A DNA stretch of 63,904 nucleotides, filler included, from Octopus bimaculoides (Eukaryota), in assembly GCF_001194135.2 (NCBI RefSeq). It is 6 parts of 6 records of this genome, joined end to end, with 100 filler letters (N's around TTAATTAATTAA, not from the genome) between each part and the next. Parts side by side here need not be neighbours in the genome. Positions count along the whole stretch, not along the records: positions 18,095 to 48,142 come from NC_068987.1; positions 48,243 to 56,021 come from NC_068982.1; 4 more parts are not named here. One strand, written 5' to 3'. The first letter of the stretch is position 1. The number at the start of each line of letters is the position of its first letter. Made by a program: the position numbers and the translations under genes. Shown here in pieces: positions 38,606 to 50,401 of this stretch. The notes under the pieces are model-generated. The model ran no database searches and was not told the DNA's origin. It saw nothing but the letters and a program-made list of their open reading frames with translations.

Positions 38606-39530
38606 TTGGGTCATCTCATAAATAATGCGGTTCTTTTATACTTCTTTTATTTTTCAATATTAAGGTAAACAAAGTTCTTTTTTTAAATCTAAAATATGCT
38701 TCCCTTCGTTTTTTACAATGCTCTTCCATCTATCTGGTAGACTTCCAAGGCCCTTCTTCCAAACTTCACTTGTCCGTAACGAAAAATACTCCTCCTCTAC
38801 TGTTCTGACCTCGTCTACAGAATTCATATTTTTCCGTCCAAATGATTTCGAAGACTGCGGCATAAATGATAATCAGATGGAGCAATCTCCGTCGAATATG
38901 GTAGGTGGGGTATCCTTTCCTATTCAAACTGTTCCAGTCTTTGGAATGTCATCCTCATTGTATGTGGCCGAGCATTATCCTGATGGAAGAACACCTTTCG
39001 TCTTGAAATCAAAGATGATCATTTTTCTCTAGCGCAGGTGTCGATGAACGGTTGAATGATCAAACCCAAGCTTCTCTGTTAGCTCCTCAACAGTTACAAG
39101 GAGATTTTATTCCACCAGGGTTTGCAGGACGTCCTCGTCGAGCTCTACAGATCTTCCTGGACGAGGCTCGTCTTCTAGGTTGTAGTTTCCGTCTGGGAAT
39201 TTCTGGAACCACCGTTGACACTGGCATACGTTTATTGTCCGATCCCCATTTACTGCATTAATATTCTTCGCACTTTCTGTTGCGTTGTTGCCTTTATTGA
39301 ACTCATAAAGCAAAACATGCCGAATATGCTTTTTTTCTCACTTCCATTATAGCTTTGAAAACATAACTGTTAAAATTGAAATGCACTCTTCGAAACTTGC
39401 ACTAAGAATAAAGACAAGGTAAAATTACTGCCTGCTTTTATAGCAAGTTGATGCAGGTAGTTTATCTCGTTCCCCTCCAACTTTTTAGTTCATGGAATTG
39501 ATAAAACTGCATTATTTATGAGACGCTCTA

Positions 39531-39531
<1 letters not shown>
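38606..39531 (-). mobile_element. Internally deleted, frameshifted mariner transposon
   Basis: TIRs TTGGGTCATCTCATAAATAATGC and GCATTATTTATGAGACGCTCTAA followed by TA. Minus strand encodes the HTH LYEFNKGNNATESAKNINAV...QRWFQKF...LEDEPRPGRS and C-terminal GLGSLPDRWKSIVKNEGKHILD; ATG near 39347. Confidence 0.92.
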
Positions 39532-39565
<34 letters not shown>

Positions 39566-39575
39566 NNNNNNNNNN

Positions 39576-39618
<43 letters not shown>

Positions 39619-39750
39619 TCCGGTATTTAGCGCACCAGAGCAGTTGAACTTTTGAAAATAGCTCCAATGTAATTGGTAGAACTGCACACATGTCTAATTT
39701 TATGTGGCCAAAGCGTGTATAGTTCTTCAAATAATATTTAAGTAGAACGG

Positions 39751-39818
39751 TCGTACTGATGAACCACGGACGCGCTACGTAAGTAATAATCGCGTTGACG
39801 GCGAAACCTGGTCTACGA
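39751..39818 (+). ncRNA. Hammerhead motif E
   Basis: TCGTA CTGATGA ACC..ACGCG..CGCGT..GGC GAAA CCTG GTC TACGA: 5 bp stem I, intact core, ACC-U-GGU quasi-palindrome, GUC site, and an A/C mismatch at 10.1/11.1. Confidence 0.68.
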
Positions 39819-40346
39819 TTAATTCCTTATTTTGTATATTTTCATTTGTCTTGCCCGTTTATGTTCTGGTGTGAGCTAAATTTTTCTGGGGAACATTGTT
39901 TCCTTTGTGGTCTGATCGTGGATGATCTATTTCTAGCATAATGGATGTCCACTTAGTGGTCATCCCGTCTTATATGTATATATATACATATAGACATCTT
40001 GATCAAGACGGAGTTGTGCAATGTTTCGCAAAAAAATTCGTTGAGGATATTTTTCCGTTCTAAATTATTTACATGTCTGTTCGACTGTTTCACATGACTT
40101 TATTCATTAAAACGTCAGAACATCTTACAACTTTGGTCGTCGTAATGCTTTGGTTTGGTTTGTTTATTAAAAATCTTCCTCCTAATCATTTTGTTTTCAT
40201 TTTGTGTTAGAATGTGGAAAATTATTTCAATATACCAAATCTGAAAATTTCGACGTAATTTTAGAATCTTACAATATGTGACAGTAACAGGGAAGACCCT
40301 ACAAAAGTAGAGACAGACAATTATAGGATATGACACACACACACAC

Positions 40347-40445
<99 letters not shown>

Positions 40446-41420
40446 TGATGTATCGTAGATATATGTATGTATGTATATGTATGTATGTGTGTATGTGTAA
40501 GTGCTTCTTTGCGATGAACATCAGATAAGCCACCTACCATCTCTCATTAAAGCTACGTATTCCTCACATCTACCTTTCTGAGTATGTGTGTGTGTATGTG
40601 TATGTGCTGTATCTATGTATTTACGAAAGTATTATGGCAGCATCACGTGTATATGACAGCTGTATTAACGTTAACTCCCCATTGCTACTCAATATTTGTC
40701 GCTTACATAACGCTGTTCTCGCCGTCCCTGATATAAGTCACCCTCACTTTGCTACTGCGTTTCCGTCCGACTAATACTTTTTGCACTCTTCTCATTTTAT
40801 CATATAATTCGTCCAACCCCACTGGTGGGTACATTATAGAGTTTTATTGAAATCTAATTCACCTATTATTGAACTGGATGTTAGTGTAACATATATGCCA
40901 AGTTTCATGAATATTGATTCGCTGGTTTAAGCACTATGATAGTGACAAACAGAAATCCCATGTATATATATATATGTGAACAAATATGAACATTTTTTGA
41001 ACAATAGTGTTATTCAAATGCGTTTGTACTTTATCGTTTAAATCTACCGGGAAACAACAGAATATATATTTTTATACATTAACCATAGAATATAGGTTGT
41101 GTTGTTTTCCAATATAGCTAAATGTGTAACGCCATCCATCTATCCATCCATCTATCCATCCATCCATCCATCCATCCATCCATCCAATTTCTTTATTGCC
41201 CACAAGGGGCTAAACATAGAGGAGACAAACAAGGGCAGACAATGGGATTAAGTCGATTACATAGACCCCAGTGCGTAACTGGTACTTAATTTATCGACCT
41301 CGAGAGGATGAAAGGCAAAGTCGACCTCGGCGGAATTTGAACTCAGAACGTAACAGCAGACGAAATACCGCTAAGCATTTTGCCCGGTGTGCTAACGTTT
41401 CTGCCAGCTCGCCGCCTTAT

Positions 41421-41479
<59 letters not shown>

Positions 41480-41512
41480 GCTATCTGTCTGTCTGTCTGT
41501 CTATCTGTCTGC

Positions 41513-41550
<38 letters not shown>

Positions 41551-41734
41551 ACGAGGGTGGGCTGAAAGTTCATGGGCTGACTAAGAAGGAGTAATGCTAC
41601 AGTTATAAAATCTTGCATACATTAATTTCAATACTTCTTATTAATAAGTGTATTGTTTCTTCCCATGCAAATTGACATCTCACTGTTCGAAGATGACTCT
41701 AAAAGTAGCTACAATAGCGACTTCTCTTGAAAAA

Positions 41735-41917
41735 CGGAACTGAGGGCCCTCACTGCTTATAAAAAAGCTTATACAGCTAACCCAAATGTGCGGCCTAATT
41801 AAATGCATCGCCCGGGGCACACTGACACATGTCACCCTCTGGCTACGCAGCTGCGCGGGACATTCCGTTTATCAATTGTTGGTAGCGCATCATAGCATTT
41901 CCCACCACTTCTCACCG
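41735..41917 (+). mobile_element. Unclassified 183 bp interspersed element with 20 bp TSD
   Basis: Flanked by identical TAGCGACTTCTCTTGAAAAA (41715-41734 and 41918-41937). A second highly similar copy lies at about 47805-47985. Confidence 0.8.
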
Positions 41918-42111
41918 TAGCGACTTCTCTTGAAAAAGGATAAAATTTGGCATCGTGATGTTATCAAGTACCTGCAGAAAAAAAACAAACGGATGTGGTC
42001 CTCTACGACATCCATACTAACATGGTTGCTACATTAAGGGATGAGGCTTCAGCTTGATCAACTGTACAAAAGTGAGCAACTGAATTTAGACGGGGAAAGG
42101 AAAGTTTAAAA

Positions 42112-42314
42112 CAGGGATGGGCAACTTTTCGTCAACTGGGGGCCACATCGTACCATTTCCAAGTGGGAGAGGGCCGCATGATAAAACATATATGCATGAA
42201 ATATTACTTGCCCACTTTACACTGAATTTTGTGCAGTTCTTCTTAATTTTATTTGCCTTAGTATGAAATTAGTAACCTAAAAACTCGTCGAGGGCCGCAG
42301 GTTGCCCATACATG
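42112..42314. mobile_element. hAT-type MITE inserted in the mariner
   Basis: TIRs CAGGGATGGGCAAC and GTTGCCCATACATG (12/14 match); 8 bp TSD GTTTAAAA/GTTTAGAA. Confidence 0.85.
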
Positions 42315-43754
42315 GTTTAGAAGATGACCCAACGTCTGGACGTCCTGAAACTGCCATCATTGAGGAAAAGATTGATCATAGAGATGGATGTCAGACGATT
42401 GACTATAAATCAAAAAGTCAGTGCTATTAGCATATCCCATAAGAGAGTTGAGAGTATTCTGCACAATGAACTTGGCATGACGAGGGTTTCTGCTTGGAGG
42501 GTATCAGGTCTTGTGACACCGCATCAAAAGCGCTCGCGCGCGTGCGTGTGTATGTGTGTGAGTCTGCGTGTATTTATATATGTATGTGTATATATTTGTG
42601 TATGTCTTTGTGTTTGACCTTGCTTGACTACAGCTTGGCAACCAGTGATGTTTAAATTATGTCTCACGTGGTCTAGCAGTTCATCAAAACGGACCGACAG
42701 AACAGATACCAGATTTTAAAAGTAAGTACCGGAGTGCTTTCTTCCATTGAAGCTTTTCATGGTGATGCTCCAGCGTGGGCGTAATTCAATAACTGAAACA
42801 AGTTAAAACATGCAAAGAATTTCATATTTATGTTGGATGCAAGAAAGTGAACTGGCTAAATCGTTAGCATACTGGGCAAAATGCTTAGCGGTATTTCTTC
42901 CAACGTAACTTTCCGAGTTCAAATTCCGCCAAGGTCGACTTTGCCTTTCATCCGTTCAGGGTCGATAAAATAAGTACCAGTTGAGCACTGGGGTCGATGT
43001 CATCGACTTACTCCCTTCTCCGAAATTGCTGGCCATGTATCAAAATTTGAAACCCATTTACATGCTAGGTTCCAAACCAGTGGTTCCCCAACTTTTTCAG
43101 GCTGCTGCCTCCTTGGCTCTATGGCCACATTCCTAGTGCCCCCACTCCTACTCACCATCATAGACATAAACCATTTTCTGCAGCAAATTCAGAACAACAG
43201 TATTTCACAATTAAGACTTAACCTAATTAATTCTTTATTTTGTTTGTTTGTTTTTTATTTTAAGTCCATTGCCCGTTTTGGTCACCTCATTATTGCCCCA
43301 TTTTTCTTCAACGCCCTCCTGGATTTTTCCATCGCTCACTTTGAGAACGACTATTCCAAACTTGTGTCTAGGAATTTGGATATTCAGTAGTTTTTTGTCG
43401 TGGATGTTGAGGGCCGGACGTAACCTCGACATGTTATCTAACAATCTAATCATACAGCATTCTATTGATAGAAATGTGGCACGTGTATTCAAAGATACAG
43501 TATTCGGTGGTATAACAGTGCTAATGATAAAGATAACGATGTTTTTAAGAGAGGAAAATTCCAACCAACCATTTTCTTTTTCTCTTTTTTTTTTTTGGCA
43601 GGGGAAGGAAAAATAACCGATATTGTTAACACCATGTCAGCGTTGATAGAACAAACCTACGATCAAAAGAATTCCAGATGTGGCCACTCTGTCTTTTACT
43701 TTTCTAACCAGTGTTTCCAATGTGTATTTTGTTTTAGGTGTATTTGGTTTGGAA

Positions 43755-44260
43755 GACATTTGGCTGTGGCTGTGAGGTAAGTAGCTTGCTAACCAGCCAC
43801 ATGGTTCCGGGTTCAGTCTCACTGCGTGGCACCTTGGCCAAGTGTCTTCTACTATAGCCTCGGGCCGACCAAACCCTTGTGAGTGGCTTTGGTAGACGGA
43901 AACTGAAAGCCTGTCGTATATATACATATACATATANNNNNNNNNNNNNNNNNNNNNNNNNNNNNNNNNNNNNNNNNNNNNNNNNNNNNNTATGTGTGTG
44001 CGTGTGCGTGAGTGTGTATGCGTGTGCGTGTGTGTGTATGCGTGTTGTGTCTTTGTGTTTGTCACCCCAGCATCGCTTAACAAACAATGTTGATGTGTTA
44101 ACTTCCCCGTAAGCTAACGGTTCGGCGAAAACGACCGATAGAATAAGTACTAAGTTTCCAAAGAATAAGTCCTGGGGGTCGATTTGTTCGACTAAAAGGC
44201 GTTGCTCCAGCATGGCCGCAGTCAAACGACTGAAACAAATAAAAGAATAAAAGAATAAAA
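43755..44260 (+). mobile_element. Composite SINE, family 2 (tRNA-like head, CORE-like domain, internal microsatellite, conserved tail)
   Basis: Head GGTTCCGGGTTCAGTC..CACCTTGGGCAAGTGTCTTC, then (TA)/(TG) tract, then CATCGCTTGACAACC...CAGCATGGCCGCAGTC..(AAAAGAAT)n. Other copies (approximate): 1985-2250(-), 12505-12650(-), 22855-23229(-), 35785-36150(-), 37470-37862(-), 47258-47417, 51138-51297(-), 52290-52662(-), 62900-63270. Confidence 0.85.
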
Positions 44261-44463
44261 GTATATATGCACACACACACACACACATATATATGTATAT
44301 GCGTGTGTATATATATACTTTCGAAAAAAGTTCGTTTTCTGTTTTCGTTTTTGCTTTCGTTTCTCATTGTGTTTAACATTTTTTTGATGTCTTGTACCCA
44401 TATATGCATGTATGTATACACACATATATAGGTATGTACATATACGTATGGATATATGCATAT

Positions 44464-44512
<49 letters not shown>

Positions 44513-44639
44513 TTGGTCAGCTGATTTGATAGTAGCTAAGCAGGAGGTCTGTGGGAGCCTAGCTATTATTATTTGTTGTGAGGTGGAGGGTGGGGGTGGG
44601 TGGAAATGCAGAAAAGTAAAACAAAATCTAAAAGCTTGT

Positions 44640-45023
44640 GAGGGAGGTAAAATAGAGTGAGACTAATCAGTCAGACTGCTAAAGACTGCTAGACTTACAA
44701 GGCCTGGCAAGACCGTCAGGCTTGGTAGTAGTCAAAGCAGGCGCAGACCGACAGACAGACAGACAGACAGTCAGACCGATAGACAGAGAGATACAAACAA
44801 ACCAGGCATGCTTTCGTAGTCGCCCATATACTACAGATCAGTTATCTTTTTTTTTTTTAACTCAACTCATTCATAGAATCTCCCTGTTGGACTCCGTTCT
44901 CGTACTATTAGCATACATGCATGTTTCAGTCTATTTATCCGTCTCTTTATCACAACCATCATCAGCATCATCAACAACAGCAAAACGATCAATAGGCACA
45001 ACAACAGTAACAACATCGCCATC
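44640..45023 (+). promoter_or_regulatory. Probable promoter/5' UTR of the LRR-type gene
   Basis: Non-TE sequence directly upstream of the ATG, with an Inr-like TCAGT near 44668 and (GACA)n and CAA tracts. The TSS is not determined. Confidence 0.3.
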
Positions 45024-45522
45024 ATGGTATCTTCCATGATGTTCTCCGCGCGGCCCTTGGTCGCTGTTATATTGTGGACATTACAGTACGGATCTTCTGC
45101 TTACGCCTTGGGTACGTGTCCGGGACAGTGTCGGTGTAACCGTGTGGAAGTGCAGAAAGTTAGCGGAAATAATAACTTTATATACAGAACTCTTTCCAAT
45201 AACGCTCATGCCATTCAAAACTATTTTCAACACCACCAGCAACAATTGTATAATCAGCTACAAAATGGCACACTGCGGCGCTTAAGGCCTTACAATGGCC
45301 ATGGAACCAACGCGGATAACTGGAATAGGCTCCATTGGACAGAGGCCAGAAAGTATTGGCATAGAACACACTCGCTTCGACAGATGACACAATACAAGAA
45401 TGATATGAAAATCTATAATGAAACTAGATCACGTGTTCATATGCAAGAGAATGGTCGATATCGATACGGTACCGATCTAATGTGTGTTGGAATCAGAGAT
45501 TTACCGACATCATTGCCTACAG
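45024..45522 (+). CDS. First coding exon of a secreted or membrane LRR-type protein (signal peptide plus split LRRNT); family not assignable
   Basis: Good Kozak context (GCCATCATGG). Hydrophobic leader MVSSMMFSARPLVAVILWTLQYGSSAYA, then CPGQCRC, then GTDLMCVGIRDLPTSLPT, then donor AG|gtaaga (phase 1). 166 codons of non-repetitive composition. No downstream LRR exons were recognised. Confidence 0.75.
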
Positions 45523-45559
45523 GTAAGAAAAACAAACACATAGACACACGCATACGCAC

Positions 45560-46236
45560 ACATAAATACATACATGCATACAATGTATGGATATATGCAT
45601 ATATTTATATATTATTTATATTATTACAAACATACATATATACATACATACACACATGCATGCATACATACATACATACACGCATGCGCGCATGCATACA
45701 TGCATACATACATACATACACGCATGCGCGCATGCGTACATACATACATACATACGTACGTACGTACATGCATACATACGTGCGTACGTACATGCATACA
45801 TACATACATACATACATACATACATACATACATACATACATACATACATACATACATACATACATACGTGCGTACGTGCGTGCGTACGTACATGCTAAGT
45901 ACAAAACTTTATGACAATCACAGCAGTAACAGCAACAATTATAGNNNNNNNNNNCATACATACATACATACACGCATGCGCGCATGCATACATGCATACA
46001 TACATACATACACGCATGCGCGCATGCGTTCATACATACATACATACGTACGTACGTACATGCATACATACGTGCGTACGTACATGCATACATACATACA
46101 TACATACATACATACATACATACATACATACATACATACATACATACATACATACATACGTGCGTACGTGCGTGCGTACGTACATGCTAAGTACAAAACT
46201 TTATGACAATCACAGCAGTAACAGCAACAATTATAG
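45560..46236. repeat. (CATA)/(CGTA)/(CGCATG) tract, duplicated across a 10-N gap
   Basis: 45663-45944 is nearly identical to 45955-46236. Confidence 0.85.
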
Positions 46237-46677
46237 CTACAGCAACATTGAGTGTAAAATTGTTTCTAGTTTTATTGTGCGAACAAATGTTTGTAAAGTT
46301 TACATGAAAGAGAAATTCGGTTCATTCGCCAACTTTGTTTACATACATAGATAAATAAATAAAACATACACACACATAAGTTTATGCATACATACATACA
46401 TATATTACACACACACACATACACACACACACACACACACACGCACATACACACATACATGAATTTTTTGCGATACGAACAAGTTAAGTTGTAAGTTAAA
46501 AGTTTTTCAGAATTCAAGTCATGTCCATATTGAGTTTCGAAATTACGTTTAATTGTTTGAGTATTCGTACGCACGCACGCTCGTAAATGCATACATACAT
46601 ACATGCACACACTTATGTTTGTACATGCCTTCACACACGTACTCTCTATGTACGTCTGTATGTATATTACCTGTCTG

Positions 46678-46746
<69 letters not shown>

Positions 46747-48320
46747 TTATCTATCTATCNNNNNNNNNNNNNNNNNNNNNNNNNNNNNNNNNNNNNNNNN
46801 NNNNNNNNNNNNNNNNNNNNNNNNNNNNNNNNNNNNNNNNNNNNNNNNNNNNNNNNNNNNNNNNNNNNNNNNNNNNNNNNNNNNNNNNNNNNNNNNNNNN
46901 NNNNNNNNNNNNNNNNNNNNNNNNNNNNNNNNNNNNNNNNNNNNNNNNNNNNNNNNNNNNNNNNNNNNNNNNNNNNNNNNNNNNNNNNNNNNCATATGTA
47001 TATTTATATAAGGGCATTACTATATAATAACGCCTCACGCCATTAGGGACTCTAAGGTCAGACTACTATAAAAAGCACATTCTTACCGAATGCGAGGAAA
47101 TGCAACTCTCAAAGCCAACCCCTTAAAAACGAACTAAATTATAGATCATGATTTCGTAGTTATTGTAAAAGAATTCGTCCTATTATTGAATTTATATATA
47201 CATATGTATGTAGACTAATAGATAGAAATTATCTATATACATACACGTGTGTGTGTGCGTGTGGCTGTGTGGTAAGTAGCTTGCTTAGCAACTACATGGT
47301 TCCGCGTTCATTCCCACTGCGTGGCACTTCGGGAAGATGTCTTCTACTATAGCCTCGGGCCGACCAAAGCCTTGTGAGTGGATTTGGTAGGCGGAAACTG
47401 AAAGAAGCCCATCGTATNNNNNNNNNNATCACCCGTATGGACATATTGTCGCGCGCGCGCGCACACACACACACACACACATATACGTAAACACACGTAC
47501 ACACATAAAGGTATGCACAAATGTATACGCGCGCGTGCACACACACACAAGTACACATTCGTATTACCTAACACATAATTAACCTAAGATCATCGAGCTC
47601 CTCTGCGCCGCCCCCACACACATACACACTCACATATATATATTCACATATAAACGGGAGGAAAGAACTCAATATATGTAATAGAGTATATTTAGTCCGT
47701 CGACTCTGATGATTCATGTTGCATTCGCCATTACTAGTTCCACTAATGCTGGACTGATCTTGTAGGTTGAGTGTGTGCTGCAAGACGCAGCCCTTGAATT
47801 AGCCGATCCGAGGGTCCTCACTGCATATAAAAAAGCTTATACAGCTAACCCAAATGTGCGGCCTAATTAAATGCATTGCTCGGGGCACACTGACACATGT
47901 CACCCTCTGGCTACGCAGCTGCGCGGGACATTCCGTTTATCAGTTGTTGGCAGCGCATCATAGCATTTCCCACAACTTCTCACCGTATACATCTCTCTGT
48001 CAGTTTCTTGTTTCTTTATTGCCCACAAGGGGCTAAACATAGAGGGGACAAACAAGGACAAACAAACGGATTAAGTCGATTATATCGATGCCAGTGCGTA
48101 AATGGTACTTAATTTATCGACCCCGAAAGGATGAAAGGCAAANNNNNNNNNNNNNNNNNNNNNNNNNNNNNNNNNNNNNNNNNNNNTTAATTAATTAANN
48201 NNNNNNNNNNNNNNNNNNNNNNNNNNNNNNNNNNNNNNNNNNGTCAAATCGTCCAACCCATGCTAGCATGGAAAGCGGACGTTAAACGATGACGACAATA
48301 CGTACAGACATATATATATA

Positions 48321-48800
48321 TATATGTCTGTACGTATTGTCGTCATCGTTTAACGTCCGCTTTCCATGCTAGCATGGGTTGGACGATTTGACTGAGGACT
48401 GGTGAAACTAGATGGCTACACCAGGCTCCAATCTGATTTGGCAGTGCTTCTACAGCTGGACGCCCCTCCTAAAGCCAACCACTCAGAGAGCGTAGTGGGT
48501 GCCTCTACGTGTCACCCGCACGAAGGCCAGTCAGGCAGTACTGGCAAAGGCCACGCTCATCTCGCTCAAGAAACCTCATGTGTCACCCACACAAGAGCCA
48601 GCCCAGGGGCACCAGCAACGATCCCGCTCGAAAAATCCCAGAACCCCACACAAGAGCCAGTTCAGGGGCACCGGCAACGATCTCGCTCGAAGAAATTTCA
48701 TGTGTCACCAGCACAAGAGCCAGTCCAGGGGCACTGGCAACAATCTCGCTCGAAAAACCTCATGTGTCACCCGCACAAGAGCCGGCCCAGGGGCACCGGC
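48321..48800 (-). mobile_element. (GAT)n-tailed RTE-like element with internal ~60 bp tandem repeats
   Basis: Shares the 3' end ...GTCAAATCGTCCAACCCATGCTAGCATGGAAAGCGGACGTTAAA(TGA)n with copies at about 1290-1497 (+), 8615-8820 (-), 14517-14612 (-) and 51490-51670 (-). About five 60-69 bp units at 48505-48800. Confidence 0.75.
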
Positions 48801-49031
48801 AATATATATATATATATTAAGGTGGCAAGCTGGCTGAATCGTTAGCACACCAAGCAAAATGCTTAGTGGAATTTCGTCTGTCTTTATGTTCTGAATTCAA
48901 GCTCCACTGAGGTGAACTTTACCTTTCATCCTTAAAAGTCAATAAAATAAGTACCAGTGAAGTACTGGGGTTGATATTATTGACCATACACCTTCCCACA
49001 AATTCTAGGCCTTGTGCCTATAGTAGAAAGG

Positions 49032-49117
<86 letters not shown>

Positions 49118-49994
49118 GGCAGCAAGGTGGCAGAATCATTAGCATACTGGGCAAAATGCGTAGCAGCACTTACTTTCGGAGTTCAAATTCTGCCGCGGTT
49201 GACTTTGCCTTTCATCTTTTTTGGGGTCAATAAATTATGTACCAGTTGAGTACTGGGGCCAATGTAATCGACTTACACCCCCATCCATGAGCTTACTGGC
49301 CTTGTGCCAAAATTTGGAAAAAAAACCCATTATTTAAATATATATATTTTACCAGTAGTAGAACACATGAACATTTTTGTTTAAAAAGAAACCATGTCTA
49401 CTATCTGAATATTCAACTTGGTAATGTGCAATACAAAAGCTGAATAATCATAGTTTCTTATATAAGATGGATCTTATTAGATTGAAAAAAGAAGAAAGAA
49501 AATACAGAACTTGACACTGAGGTGAGATCCAGTATGAGAAACATCCAGTTTTATTACCAGTTAAAATCAAGATACCTGAAATGACAGTTTTTCAAACAGT
49601 TTTGTAAAACAATAGCTTTTCATGATGAATGCTCGATTTTTACATAACATAAGTAAGGCAGCTGTCTATGGAGAAAGTGTTTGTTCATATTTATGAGTTG
49701 GAAGAAAAGCAGAAAGCAGTTTTTACAACCCTAAAGAAATGAGAATATTTATGGTTATTTCATGTAGCAAGCTAGTTCACTTGGCAAAGATATTTGGACT
49801 GTTAAACAAACAGAATGTGCACCAATATTTTATGGGCAAAATAGAAACATATTTACAGTGAAATATGTGTGGCAAGAAGTTAGCTCCACAACCACATGGT
49901 TCTGGGTTCAGTCCTACCGTGTGGCACCTTGGGCAAGTGTTTTCTACTATAGCGCTGGGCTAACCAAAACCTTGTGAGTGGATTTTTCACATGG

Positions 49995-50265
49995 AAACTG
50001 ATGATGAAGATGATGACAATGATAATGATGATAATGATGATGACAACAATGTTGTTGATGATGGTGATGATGACAGTGTTGTTGATGATGATGATGATAT
50101 TGATGATGACGACAAAGAACGATGATGATAACAATGATGACAATGATGTTGATGATGATGATGATGATGATGATGATGTTGTTGATGATGATGCTGACGA
50201 TGATGTTGATGATGATAATGATGACAACGATGACGACAATGGTGATGATAATGTTGATGTTGATA

Positions 50266-50300
<35 letters not shown>

Positions 50301-50401
50301 AGCAGTGATGTTGATGATAGCAGTGATGTTGATGATGACAACGATGATGATGATAATGATTGGTTACAATGATGACAACAATAGTGATAATGATGACAAT
50401 G
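49995..50401 (+). repeat. Imperfect (GAT)n array
   Basis: GAT/GAC/AAT/GTT triplets. A comparable (CAT/CAC) array lies at about 58790-59200. Confidence 0.9.

Larger units (their letters stand above)
41550..42530 (+). mobile_element. Decayed mariner 5' half with two nested insertions
   Basis: Starts TA-CGAGGG...GAAAGT. Fragments HRDVIKYLQK and LEDDP-SGRPETA...RRLTINQ...SHKRVESILHNELGMTRVSAWRV are interrupted at 41735-41917 and 42112-42314. Confidence 0.85.

Noticed and set aside
45663-46236. 282 bp tandem duplication in the first intron of the LRR-type gene
   Set aside because: Near-identical copies abut a 10-N gap, typical of unmerged contig overlap.
47707-47770. CTGATGA near the unclassified element (also 38268-38276 on the minus strand)
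   Set aside because: No matching stem II/GAAA/UH geometry.
48505-48800. CRISPR-like repeat array
   Set aside because: Contiguous tandem units without unique spacers, eukaryotic context and no cas genes.
48402-48845. 147 aa ORF with repeated PAQEP motifs
   Set aside because: Reads through a TE-internal minisatellite, is open in several frames and has no splice context.
49974-50372. Met/Asp-rich 132 aa ORF
   Set aside because: Translation of a (GAT)n array fused to a SINE fragment.
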